A program made the position numbers and the translations under genes. The notes under the pieces are model-generated. The model was not told where the DNA came from. It was given only the letters and a program-made list of their open reading frames with translations, and made no database searches. Source: Candidatus Methanosuratincola sp. (GTDB taxonomy: Archaea > Thermoproteota > Methanomethylicia > Methanomethylicales > Methanomethylicaceae). Taken from it: a DNA stretch of 43,318 nucleotides. Where the stretch lies: the NCBI GenBank assembly GCA_029907755.1, contig JARYLH010000001.1:1-43318 (forward strand), given 5' to 3'. Shown one piece after another: positions 25,443 through 33,843 of this stretch; the first letter of the stretch is position 1, and the number at the start of each line of letters is the position of its first letter.

Positions 25443-25811
25443 ATGGTGGCGAAGAGGGAGACCAGGATAGCGTACATAGACGCCGTTCCGGGCATGGGGA
25501 GAGTCCTGATCATAATATTCCGAGGAGGGTGGATAGACGCCATCGCGTCCTGCGAAACCACCAAGGCTGAGGGGATCATCGAATGGTTTAGGTCATCAGG
25601 TTACCTCGATGAGCTGAAAGCATTCGCGGCAGGCGGAGGCCTACTTGCGATGCAGGGCGTTTCGGAGCTCGAGGAATGGCTCGCGGAGCGCGGGATTCGG
25701 AGAGAGGAACTCCCAGCAAGGAACTTGAGGCAGGCCTCGGTAATAATGGAGGGGCTGAGGGAGTACCACAGGAGCAGAGGCAGGGACTTAGGCGGGGGAT
25801 TGACGTCCTAA
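25443..25811 (+). CDS. Hypothetical protein
   Basis: 122-aa ORF. It starts directly after the upstream stop (TGA 25440-25442, ATG 25443), so it is probably co-translated with the preceding gene. Confidence 0.5.
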   Translation: MVAKRETRIAYIDAVPGMGRVLIIIFRGGWIDAIASCETTKAEGIIEWFRSSGYLDELKAFAAGGGLLAMQGVSELEEWLAERGIRREELPARNLRQASVIMEGLREYHRSRGRDLGGGLTS

Positions 25812-26020
25812 AGCATCCTGGGCTGCCCTGGAGGGCGAGGCAAACTGCCTCAACGGTAGCGCCTTCAGCCATTTTAGCCAGAGGGGTGCTGCATTCGGGT
25901 TGAACAGAAGCAGCTGTGCCAGACAGAAGACGGTTATCCGACTTCGCCCAGACCGAAGGGAGGGGATTCCCCGCCGAAATGGTTAAATCAAGAGGGGTGG
26001 ATTTTGGGTGGGGGTCAACG

Positions 26021-26350
26021 TTGGAGTTCTGCCCTAACTGCAACTGCATACTTCTTGAAGACAGGAGGAGGAAGGTACTCGTCTGCAGGAAGTGCAAGTT
26101 CGAGAAGAGCATCGGTGTAGAGAGCTCCCAGAGATTCGTTGAGGTTCTGGAGAGGAAGAGCGAAACGGTTATCGTGAAGGATAACGATCCGAGCAAGGAG
26201 AGGACCCTCCCTATCACGAAGGCAGAATGCAAGAGGTGCGGCAACATGGAGGCCTACTACTGGATGATGCAGACGAGGAGCGCAGACGAGCCGTCCACGC
26301 GCTTCTACCGCTGCACAAAGTGCGGGACGACGTGGCGCGAATATGAGTGA
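26021..26350 (+). CDS. tfs: Transcription factor S (TFS / RpoM-like)
   Basis: 'EFCPNCNCIL...CRKC' is the N-terminal zinc ribbon. 'CKRCGNMEAYYWMMQTRSADEPSTRFYRCTKCGTTW' is the C-terminal zinc ribbon with the acidic loop. TTG 26021 gives the usual 'MEFCP' N-terminus. Alternative start ATG 25979. Confidence 0.85.
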   Translation: MEFCPNCNCILLEDRRRKVLVCRKCKFEKSIGVESSQRFVEVLERKSETVIVKDNDPSKERTLPITKAECKRCGNMEAYYWMMQTRSADEPSTRFYRCTKCGTTWREYE

Positions 26351-26468
26351 GGGCGGGACGCAGCTCCAGTTGCATAGACCCCGAACGCCAGCAAAGAAGG
26401 CGGACGCCCACACAGACAGCAGTTCTTAAGTATTAAGACAGTTTATAGGTTGAGCTGGAGGGACGAAT

Positions 26469-27221
26469 GTGTTTAAGGCAGTTCTCGCCGACAGCAGGGT
26501 CTGGAAGAGCATAATCGAGTCGGTCTCAACTCTCGTGGATGAGGGGGTCTTTGTCGCCGACCCGTCAGGGATAAAGCTGAGGGCAATGGATCCATCGAGG
26601 GTGGCAATGGTCGACCTAGATCTCCCCAAGGGGGCATTCGAGAGCTACGAGTGTTCAGGGGAGGTCCCGATCGGCGTCAATTTTGAGGACATGAAGAATG
26701 TGATGAGGAGGGCTGGCTCTAACGAGAAGCTGGAGATCGAAAAAGGGGAGGACGAGGCGAGGCTCAAGATGCGGCTCAGAGGAAAGACGACTAGGACCTT
26801 CTCGTTGCCGCTTCTGGACACCGGAAAGGAGGAGCTGTCGGTACCCCGGATCCCGTTCAATGTCACGGTGAAGGCGCCTGCTTCAACCATCAATGAGGCA
26901 ATCAAGGACGCAGATGTCGTGAGTGACTTTGTCCGGATGTCGGTCGAGGACGGGCAGATGAGGATCACCGCGAGCGGGGATAGGGGAGAGGTGGAGATCG
27001 TGATCACCAAGGAGAGCGGGGAGCTACTCTCCGTCGAGGTCAAGGAGCCGTCACAGGCGCTGTACAGCCTCAACTACCTCAGCAAGATGATGACAGCTTC
27101 ATCGTTGGCTGAAATAGTGGCGGTAATGTTCTCCAAGGATATGCCCCTGAGGCTCGACTTCAACCTCTCCAGCGGAGGCAAGATTGTCTACTACCTGGCC
27201 CCGAGGATGGAATCTGAGTAG
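26469..27221 (+). CDS. pcn: DNA polymerase sliding clamp PCNA
   Basis: 250 aa. 'MFKAVLADSRVWKSIIESVSTLVDEGVF...GIKLRAMDPSRVAMVDL'. GTG start. Confidence 0.9.
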   Translation: MFKAVLADSRVWKSIIESVSTLVDEGVFVADPSGIKLRAMDPSRVAMVDLDLPKGAFESYECSGEVPIGVNFEDMKNVMRRAGSNEKLEIEKGEDEARLKMRLRGKTTRTFSLPLLDTGKEELSVPRIPFNVTVKAPASTINEAIKDADVVSDFVRMSVEDGQMRITASGDRGEVEIVITKESGELLSVEVKEPSQALYSLNYLSKMMTASSLAEIVAVMFSKDMPLRLDFNLSSGGKIVYYLAPRMESE

Positions 27222-27238
27222 CCAGAGCCAGTCGATAG

Positions 27239-28321
27239 ATGAGCCTGATGCTGACCAAGGAAGACCTTGCCAAATACCCCTTTCTCAAACAGTCTGCAGC
27301 ATACATTGAGAGCATGCAGCTGAACCTTGGCGATCTCGCGGCTGAGGAGTATTCAGGCATCCTCAGTAAGGCGCTTATGAGGATAAGGGACAGCATAGAC
27401 AGAAAAATCAGGCCGGTTGATCTGTCCGACCCGGAGTCTGAGATCATCTCATACCCGCTCTCACTCGCACTTGTCTACGGCAGCAAGTCCAACTGGCTTC
27501 TCAACAGGTTCGCCAGTATCGAGGCCAAACGGGTCGAGGAGGAGCTCAGGAAGGAGCCCGGGGACAGGATACTAGAGATCGCGAAGTTTGGTTTTTCCTG
27601 GGAGATCGAACGGGTTGACCTAAAGCTCGAATATGAAGAGCTCCCCTTCAGCATTCCTCTCCAATCTTACCTTGAAGCGGCCACCAACTTCAACGATGCC
27701 CACTGGAAGCTGATCAACAGATACGTGAAAGGGGGGAGCGTCTTCCTCAATTCAGGAAGCCTTGCCCGGCTGATTTCCGAGGGCTTCAAGTCCAAGATCA
27801 TCAGGAGGGCCTCCGAGAGGGAGATGCACAACTTTCGGATTCCCGATACACTCGCCCCTCACATGGACGAGATACTGAGGTATGCCCAAGAGAATATGCA
27901 GTTTGACGAGGAGCTTCCGCAGGGCCTTGTGAGCGATGCCAGACCGCCTTGCATAGTCGCAATAATGGAGGACGTCAAGGCTGGGAAAAGCCTCTCGCAC
28001 ATGGCCAGGTTCGCACTTACCACGTTCATGGTAAATGTTGGCGAGAGTGTTGACGAGGTGCTGAAGCTCTTTGGCAATGTTGCGGACTTTGACGAGGGGA
28101 AGGCCAGGTACCAGATCGAACACATAGCAGGGATGATCGGATCGAGGACAAAGTACAAGCCTCCGAAATGCGACGTGCTCAGGTCTTTCGGCCTATGCGT
28201 CGGCATGGATCAATTCTGCAAAAAAGCCAAGCACCCCCTTAACTACTACAGGACAAAACTCAAGATCCTGGGAGGATCCGGAGGTCAAACCGGTGCACGA
28301 GATCGTAAGAAAGGAGTTTAG
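27239..28321 (+). CDS. priL: DNA primase large subunit PriL
   Basis: Fe-S cluster region 'PPCIVAI...', then 'YKPPKCDVLRSFGLCVGMDQFC'. 360 aa. Confidence 0.85.
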   Translation: MSLMLTKEDLAKYPFLKQSAAYIESMQLNLGDLAAEEYSGILSKALMRIRDSIDRKIRPVDLSDPESEIISYPLSLALVYGSKSNWLLNRFASIEAKRVEEELRKEPGDRILEIAKFGFSWEIERVDLKLEYEELPFSIPLQSYLEAATNFNDAHWKLINRYVKGGSVFLNSGSLARLISEGFKSKIIRRASEREMHNFRIPDTLAPHMDEILRYAQENMQFDEELPQGLVSDARPPCIVAIMEDVKAGKSLSHMARFALTTFMVNVGESVDEVLKLFGNVADFDEGKARYQIEHIAGMIGSRTKYKPPKCDVLRSFGLCVGMDQFCKKAKHPLNYYRTKLKILGGSGGQTGARDRKKGV

Positions 28322-29516
28322 CAAGTACTATTCAGGATTGGGGGCAGAGGATTTCCAGGTACCGGATATGCCACATAGGGAGTTTGCATTTCTCCAGTTC
28401 GGTGGCGAGGTGATGATCAGACACATGAAGTTCCTCGATCCCGCATCGCTGAAGGAGTATATCGTGGAGAATACGCCCGCTCACATTTACCATTCCTCCG
28501 CCTATTACGAGACGCCCGAAGCGACGGACATGAATGAAAAGGGATGGCTCGGGGCGGACCTCGTGTTCGACGTTGACTCGGACCACATAAGGACAGAGTG
28601 CAAGGAGAGGCATGACCGGTGGCGTTGCACGGAGTGCGGTATGGAAGGGGCGGGGTTCCCCCCCGAAAGCTGCCCACGCTGCGGGATGAAGAAGATCGAC
28701 ACGCGGACTTGGATCTGCGAAGATTGCCTGGAGGCCGCAAAGAAGGAGGTGATAAAGATAATCGACGAGTACCTCGTCCCAGACTTTGGGGTCTCGTATT
28801 CAGATTTCGAGGTTTACTTCTCCGGTCACAGGGGATACCACATACACGTGAGGAGCCAGACGTTCCGCATGCTCTCGGGAGACGGGAGGAGAGAGATTGC
28901 TGACTATGTAAGGGGGATCGGGCTCGACATAAAATTGCACGGATTCAGGGAGGTCAAAAATGAGCTCTTAGTAGGTCCGGATATGAAGGATGGCGGCTGG
29001 AGGGGAAGGGTTGCAAGGGCAATATACGAATTCGTAAACAGGGCTTCACTCGAGGATCTGAAAAAGGCAGTCTCTCCCGCCGTGGCGAAGAGCCTGTTCG
29101 AGAACAAGGATAAGTTCCTGAAGAACATAGAGTCCGACCCACCCTACTGGGGGGGCCTGAAGGGGTACACGCTGGAAAGCATCGAAAAAATAGCGAGCGC
29201 CTCGATCAAGGACCTCATTTGCAACATAGATGAGAGGGTCACAATAGACTCGAAGAGGCTGATAAGGTGCCCCAACAGCCTACATGGGAAGTCAGGGCTA
29301 AGGACGCTCCGCGTTGATTACAGCAGCATCGACGATTTCGACCCGCTAAAGGAGGCTGTCGCCTTCAGGCATGGCAGTATAAGGATATATGTTAAAGAAG
29401 CCCCTCGTGTTAGGATAGGGGACGAAGAGCTGGGGCCCCTAAAGGACAAAACGCTGGAGGTCCCGCTGGCGCTCGGCCTATACCTCATATGCAGGGGGGC
29501 AGCCGAGCCGAGGTGA
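28293..29516 (+). CDS. priS: DNA primase small (catalytic) subunit PriS
   Basis: Catalytic 'LVFDVDSDH', 'FSGHRGYHIHV', and an inserted zinc knuckle 'CTECG...CPRCG'. GTG start overlaps priL by 29 nt. Confidence 0.9.
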   Translation: MHEIVRKEFSKYYSGLGAEDFQVPDMPHREFAFLQFGGEVMIRHMKFLDPASLKEYIVENTPAHIYHSSAYYETPEATDMNEKGWLGADLVFDVDSDHIRTECKERHDRWRCTECGMEGAGFPPESCPRCGMKKIDTRTWICEDCLEAAKKEVIKIIDEYLVPDFGVSYSDFEVYFSGHRGYHIHVRSQTFRMLSGDGRREIADYVRGIGLDIKLHGFREVKNELLVGPDMKDGGWRGRVARAIYEFVNRASLEDLKKAVSPAVAKSLFENKDKFLKNIESDPPYWGGLKGYTLESIEKIASASIKDLICNIDERVTIDSKRLIRCPNSLHGKSGLRTLRVDYSSIDDFDPLKEAVAFRHGSIRIYVKEAPRVRIGDEELGPLKDKTLEVPLALGLYLICRGAAEPR

Positions 29517-29523
29517 CAAGGAG

Positions 29524-29997
29524 TTGTACAGGAAGATACTGGACTTCTGGATCGCAGAGAGGGAGGGCCAGGAGCTGCAGAAGCTCCCCGATGGTTTCAT
29601 CGACGAGGTGAACAGGTACCTGGAGGACCTCGGCGGGGGAGCCGAGGGCGTCAGGGGGAGGCTGATGCAGGAGGAGCTGAAGAGGGCCAAGACTGCACTC
29701 GCGGAGCTCAGGCTGCTCAGGAAGTCCAAGATATGCAGGGACTTCCTTTCGGGAACCCTCGATCTTGGGAAGTTGCTCGAGGACGAGAAGGGGTTCTTCA
29801 AGGAAAAGGTCACCGAACATGCCCCAGAAGAGGGTACGAAAAGGATATTAGCCAGATTGCTCGGAGATGTTCCACCGTTCGTAGGGGTAGATTTAAAAAC
29901 ATATGGCCCCTATAAGACCGAGGACGTTGCGCTGCTTCCAGCGCAGAACGCTGAGGCCCTCATCAAGAGGGGTATCGCAGCAGAGATTAAGAGGTAA
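29524..29997 (+). CDS. GINS subunit (Gins51/Gins15-type)
   Basis: 157 aa. N-terminus 'ILDFWIAEREGQELQKLPDGFIDEV' and C-terminal B-domain 'PPFVGVDLKTYGPYKTEDVALLPAQNAEALIKRGIA'. Its position next to priS is conserved. TTG start. Confidence 0.65.
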   Translation: MYRKILDFWIAEREGQELQKLPDGFIDEVNRYLEDLGGGAEGVRGRLMQEELKRAKTALAELRLLRKSKICRDFLSGTLDLGKLLEDEKGFFKEKVTEHAPEEGTKRILARLLGDVPPFVGVDLKTYGPYKTEDVALLPAQNAEALIKRGIAAEIKR

Positions 29998-30002
29998 TCG
30001 AG

Positions 30003-30278
30003 ATGAAGGCTCCAAAAGAGATAAACACGTACTGCCCGAAGTGCAAGGCTTACACGGCTCACAGCGTGACCCTTTACAAGAAGGGCAAGGAGAGGGCGCT
30101 GGCAGAGGGCACAAGGAGGTACGAGAGGAAGAAGCTTGGATACGGCAGCTCCAGGAAGCCGGTCCAGAAGAGGACAGCCAAGACGACCAAGAAGCTGAGC
30201 CTGAAGCTGAAGTGCAAGAAGTGCGGCTACCAGAACCAGAGGAAAGGGATCAGGCTCAAGAAGCTGGAGATAGTCTGA
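30003..30278 (+). CDS. rpl44e: 50S ribosomal protein L44e (eL42)
   Basis: 'YCPKCKAYTAHSV...KCKKCGY' zinc ribbon in a basic 91-aa protein. Confidence 0.9.
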   Translation: MKAPKEINTYCPKCKAYTAHSVTLYKKGKERALAEGTRRYERKKLGYGSSRKPVQKRTAKTTKKLSLKLKCKKCGYQNQRKGIRLKKLEIV

Positions 30279-30288
30279 GGTGCAAGAA

Positions 30289-30486
30289 ATGAAGAGGAAA
30301 GAGATGTTCACGCCTGTACCGAGAAGCAAGTTCTACATGGTCCAGTGCCCCGAGTGCGGGAACGAGCAGACGGTATTCTCGCACGTCGCCACCGTTGTGA
30401 AGTGCAACATTTGCGGGAAGGACCTGGCACTGCCGACCGGCGGCAAGAGCGAAATTCTCTCTGACAAGGTCAGGGAGATAAGCTAG
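30289..30486 (+). CDS. rps27e: 30S ribosomal protein S27e
   Basis: 'FYMVQCPECGNEQTVFSHVATVVKCNICGKDLALPTGGK'. I prefer ATG 30289 over GTG 30280. Confidence 0.9.
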   Translation: MKRKEMFTPVPRSKFYMVQCPECGNEQTVFSHVATVVKCNICGKDLALPTGGKSEILSDKVREIS

Positions 30487-30508
30487 AAGGTCATCATTTT
30501 TTCCTAAG

Positions 30509-30537
30509 GGGGCATTCCTGTGCCCCTGGAGTTTTTT
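30509..30537 (+). terminator. Hairpin (GGGGCA-N6-TGCCCC) followed by a T6 run after rps27e
   Basis: Read directly. It is also preceded by a T6 run at 30497-30502. Confidence 0.5.
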
Positions 30538-30623
30538 GGGATAAACTTATAACTTGTCGTTCAATATGCTTACTTCAAGCTTAGGATCGCGCTCACTCGT
30601 CAATTGATCAAAGGTGTTTAGTG

Positions 30624-31409
30624 ATGGTTCTCAGAAAGAAGGAATACCCGGAGATCGGGGAGTTCGTAATCGCGACTGCTGTGAGGCTTCAGGAGCACGG
30701 CGTTTACGTGAGCCTGGATGAGTACGGAAAGAACGGCTATGTCCCGATAGGCGAGGTCGCCTCTACATGGGTCAAGAACATAAAGGACTTTGTGAAGGAA
30801 GGGCAAAAACTCGTCCTCAAGGTAATCAGGATCGACGAAAGGAAGGGGCACATCGACCTTTCGCTCAGGAAGGTGACCGAGAGGGAGAAGAAGGAGAAGC
30901 TGATCCAGTGGAAGAAGTCGAAGAAGGCTGAAAAGATCCTGGAGATGGCGGCCAAGAAGATTGGCAAGGGGCTACAGGACGCGATAAGAATGGTCGGGAT
31001 ACCCCTCGAGGACAGGTACGGCGACCTGTACGCCGCGCTCGAGCAGCTCGTCCAGAGGGGGCCAAAGGCGGTCATGGAGGCGGGAATAGGCGAGGACTGG
31101 GCAAACGCGCTCTATGACGCTTCGAAGGACCACATAGAGGCGCCGATGGTGCAGATAACAGGCGAGGTAAAGCTCGCCACGAATAGGCCAGAAGGGGTCG
31201 AAGACATCAAGAGGGCGCTAAACGAAGGGATCAAGGCGGTCGATCCGAAGGTTGCAAAGGTGGAGATGTACACGCTCGGAGCCCCCAGGTACAGGATAGA
31301 AATCTCTGCAAAGGACTACAGGGTTGCCGAGGAGCAGATGAAGTCGGCGGTCGAGGCTATAGTAAACAGCTTCAGGAAGTCTGGCGGGACTGCCGAATTC
31401 GTCCGGTAG
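30624..31409 (+). CDS. eif2a: Translation initiation factor 2 alpha subunit (aIF-2alpha)
   Basis: S1 domain 'YPEIGEFVIATAVRLQEHGVYVSLDEY...GHIDLSLRKV'. About 261 aa. Confidence 0.9.
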   Translation: MVLRKKEYPEIGEFVIATAVRLQEHGVYVSLDEYGKNGYVPIGEVASTWVKNIKDFVKEGQKLVLKVIRIDERKGHIDLSLRKVTEREKKEKLIQWKKSKKAEKILEMAAKKIGKGLQDAIRMVGIPLEDRYGDLYAALEQLVQRGPKAVMEAGIGEDWANALYDASKDHIEAPMVQITGEVKLATNRPEGVEDIKRALNEGIKAVDPKVAKVEMYTLGAPRYRIEISAKDYRVAEEQMKSAVEAIVNSFRKSGGTAEFVR

Positions 31410-31422
31410 GGGCGTTGGGCGG

Positions 31423-31602
31423 ATGAAGGGGATGCTCAGGAAGTGCACCTCCTGCGGCACATACACGCTGAGGCAGGACGCCTGCCCACGGTGCGGCGGG
31501 GGTCTCAGGATTCCACATCCTGCAAAGTTCTCTCCCCACGACAGGTACAGCAGGTTCCGATTGGCGCTTAAGGAACTTGACGGGAAGGAAAAAGGGGAAT
31601 AG
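31423..31602 (+). CDS. nop10: H/ACA ribonucleoprotein complex subunit Nop10
   Basis: This gene is not in the ORF track because it is 59 aa. My own translation is 'MKGMLRKCTSCGTYTLRQDACPRCGGGLRIPHPAKFSPHDRYSRFRLALKELDGKEKGE'. It has the zinc ribbon plus the 'HPAKFSP.D.Y' signature, and its position after aIF2alpha is conserved. Confidence 0.85.
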   Translation: MKGMLRKCTSCGTYTLRQDACPRCGGGLRIPHPAKFSPHDRYSRFRLALKELDGKEKGE

Positions 31603-31658
31603 AAGTATAAGAAGGGGCGCTGGCAGAACCGCCCTCATCGCCAGAGAGGCGAAAAGAA

Positions 31659-33707
31659 TCACGGGTAATTGATCTTGTACACCATCACCCATCCGTTGCT
31701 CGGAGAGATGTAGACAAGCTCGTAGTTCTGCGGGGCAGAAATCCGGATCCCTAGGGTTTGGTTGTACGCTTCCCTGTACGGGTAGAAGAGCAGCTGGTAC
31801 AGCGTGGTGTTCGCAGCCTTTGGTCCAGCGGGGAGGGGATAGCTGTAAAGGGTGCCACCCAAGTTTATCGTCACAGGGGAGATGTACTCGGAGGAGTTGT
31901 AGCCCGTCCATACCATCATGGCGGTGGACTTCTCAAAGTCCCCGAGTATGTACCACGGAGGCAAGGCGAGCGGCGGGTTTGTCGACACGAGCGTGAAGGG
32001 CTCATAGACCACCACGTATGACACGTTCATCGCCTTGAAGATCTCGAGCGAGACGGACTCGTTGTTGAGGAAGGCCTTAGCCACCTCGACGATCTGGGTC
32101 CCGTTGATGGTGGCGTTGTCGTCGATCACCGATTTGTTGGCCATGACGTTTATCCAGTATCCATAGTCCCACCAGCACCCGACAATTGCGTCCTGAGGGA
32201 TGTTGTCCCTCATCCAGGCGAGGGCCTCTATCCAGTCCGGGATCTCTTGGCGCATTCCCGTCGAAGCCGAGACTATCATTGCCGGGCGATCCGCAGACCT
32301 GATCCCGGGGGAGTCCGCAATGACCGGCACCAGCGTGACCGCGAGGAGGGCGATCGTGAAGAACCCGTAGTACTTGCCGAGCAGGGAAGCCTTGCTTTTA
32401 CGGTCCAGCTCTTGTTTAATAACCGGGCGAACCGTCGCGATTATGGAGCTAAGGGCAAAACCGGAGACTATTGCCACTGCAGGTGCGACGAGTATCAGCA
32501 GGCGGACGAAGGATCCGGCGCCGTAGAGGGAGGTGAGTGCAAGGAGCGTCATGAACACGGCCTCATCGCTGAGGCGCCTCAAAGCGTATAGGACGCCCAA
32601 GGGCAGCAGGAGTATCAAGGATCGGTATGTCGAGAAGATATGTGACCAGGTGGACGGGAATTGCTCCCCGACCGTCCTGACGCCCTCGTCGATGCGCGAG
32701 AACGGGTTGACGATAGCCAAGAACTTCCCGGTTATGTCTCCGAACACCCCCGATAGTGTGAGAACGCCGACCACAATAAGGACGGAGGCGACGACGCCGA
32801 AGGTGAACTTTTTGCGCTTCTCAGGGTCATGGATCTCCTCGGCGAGCGTCCTGATGATGCACACGAGGAATGCCACGTAGGCGCCTATGGTGTAAGGGGA
32901 AATCAGGGTGGAGAAGCCATACGCAGGGGTAGCCGCGACTGCAAAGAGCGTTATCGAGGAGACGATTGCGAATGAGGTGGTCATGCGCCTGTTCCACCTC
33001 CCAAGCAGCACCATTATGACCACGTAGAGCGCGAGGAAGTTTATTGTGTAGAGGAAGGCCCTCCATGAGATAGCCATAAGGGCGAGGCCGAGCCCGGAGA
33101 CCACGGCGTAAGGGACGGTCCTGCTGCGGAGCGACTTGACGAAGAAGATAAGGGCTACGAGCATACCGATCATCCCGACGGACTCCGTATCGAAGAAGCC
33201 GAGGGAGGTCCGTTGGATGGCGGTTGAGTCGATGGCCAGGATCAGCGAGGTCAGCAGCCCCACCCCCCTGTTTACTAGCTCCTTCCCGAGGAAGTAGCCC
33301 AGGAGAATGATTACGCCGCCGGCGAAGACCGGGAAGAAGACGACCACATCAAAGAGCGGGACGCTTATGCCGAGGAAGTTCAGCAGTAAGTACACGGCGG
33401 CGCCTGCGAAGGGCACCCCCGGCAGTCCAGCAGTGGACTGATCGGTCCCCCAGGGCGCCCACCTCGTGGGGTCGAACCAAGTGTACCATGCGCCGAAGCC
33501 GTTCTCGACGATGTACTGAGCCCCCTTGTACTGGATGTACGGGTCGAATTCGTCGAGGTAAATCCCCCATTTAATCGGGAGTAGGCGTATGACCACGCCG
33601 AAGGCGAGTAGCGCGATAAGCGAGATGTAGACTAGGAGGTCGTCTATGCCAATCTTAAGGCCCCCCAAAGGGGAGTTTGCCTGACGGCTCATTTTAGATA
33701 CCACCAA
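31659..33707 (-). CDS. aglB: Archaeal oligosaccharyltransferase AglB (STT3 family)
   Basis: 13-TM-like N-terminal region and the catalytic 'WWDYGYWI' (WWDYG) motif. 682 aa. Confidence 0.9.
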   Translation of the reverse strand: MVVSKMSRQANSPLGGLKIGIDDLLVYISLIALLAFGVVIRLLPIKWGIYLDEFDPYIQYKGAQYIVENGFGAWYTWFDPTRWAPWGTDQSTAGLPGVPFAGAAVYLLLNFLGISVPLFDVVVFFPVFAGGVIILLGYFLGKELVNRGVGLLTSLILAIDSTAIQRTSLGFFDTESVGMIGMLVALIFFVKSLRSRTVPYAVVSGLGLALMAISWRAFLYTINFLALYVVIMVLLGRWNRRMTTSFAIVSSITLFAVAATPAYGFSTLISPYTIGAYVAFLVCIIRTLAEEIHDPEKRKKFTFGVVASVLIVVGVLTLSGVFGDITGKFLAIVNPFSRIDEGVRTVGEQFPSTWSHIFSTYRSLILLLPLGVLYALRRLSDEAVFMTLLALTSLYGAGSFVRLLILVAPAVAIVSGFALSSIIATVRPVIKQELDRKSKASLLGKYYGFFTIALLAVTLVPVIADSPGIRSADRPAMIVSASTGMRQEIPDWIEALAWMRDNIPQDAIVGCWWDYGYWINVMANKSVIDDNATINGTQIVEVAKAFLNNESVSLEIFKAMNVSYVVVYEPFTLVSTNPPLALPPWYILGDFEKSTAMMVWTGYNSSEYISPVTINLGGTLYSYPLPAGPKAANTTLYQLLFYPYREAYNQTLGIRISAPQNYELVYISPSNGWVMVYKINYP

Positions 33708-33843
33708 AACAATTGACCTTATCCCGGGAACAATTTAAACCCTATGGTGTTGAGACGGATCAAGCCTCACGGGACGGGGAGGGCATCAAGGAAAGGGTTA
33801 ATATCGAAGCGGCTAAAGATTTCAGGTATCTGGGGTAGACGTC

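Noticed and set aside
25812-26020. GC-rich 209-bp spacer before tfs examined for a tRNA or other ncRNA
   Set aside because: There is no T-loop (GTTCRANYC) or acceptor-stem symmetry on either strand. Part of it may simply be 5' coding sequence if TFS starts at ATG 25979.
25588-26247. 219-aa minus-strand ORF
   Set aside because: It is antisense to the hypothetical gene and to TFS, has Ser/Leu/Pro-rich low-complexity composition typical of the reverse frame of GC-rich genes, and has no motifs.
30440-30497. C-box-like TGATGA on the minus strand (30491-30497) with a CTGA 17 nt downstream, a possible C/D box sRNA
   Set aside because: There is no C'/D pair or terminal stem, and most of the candidate lies inside the rps27e coding sequence. 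This is most likely chance.
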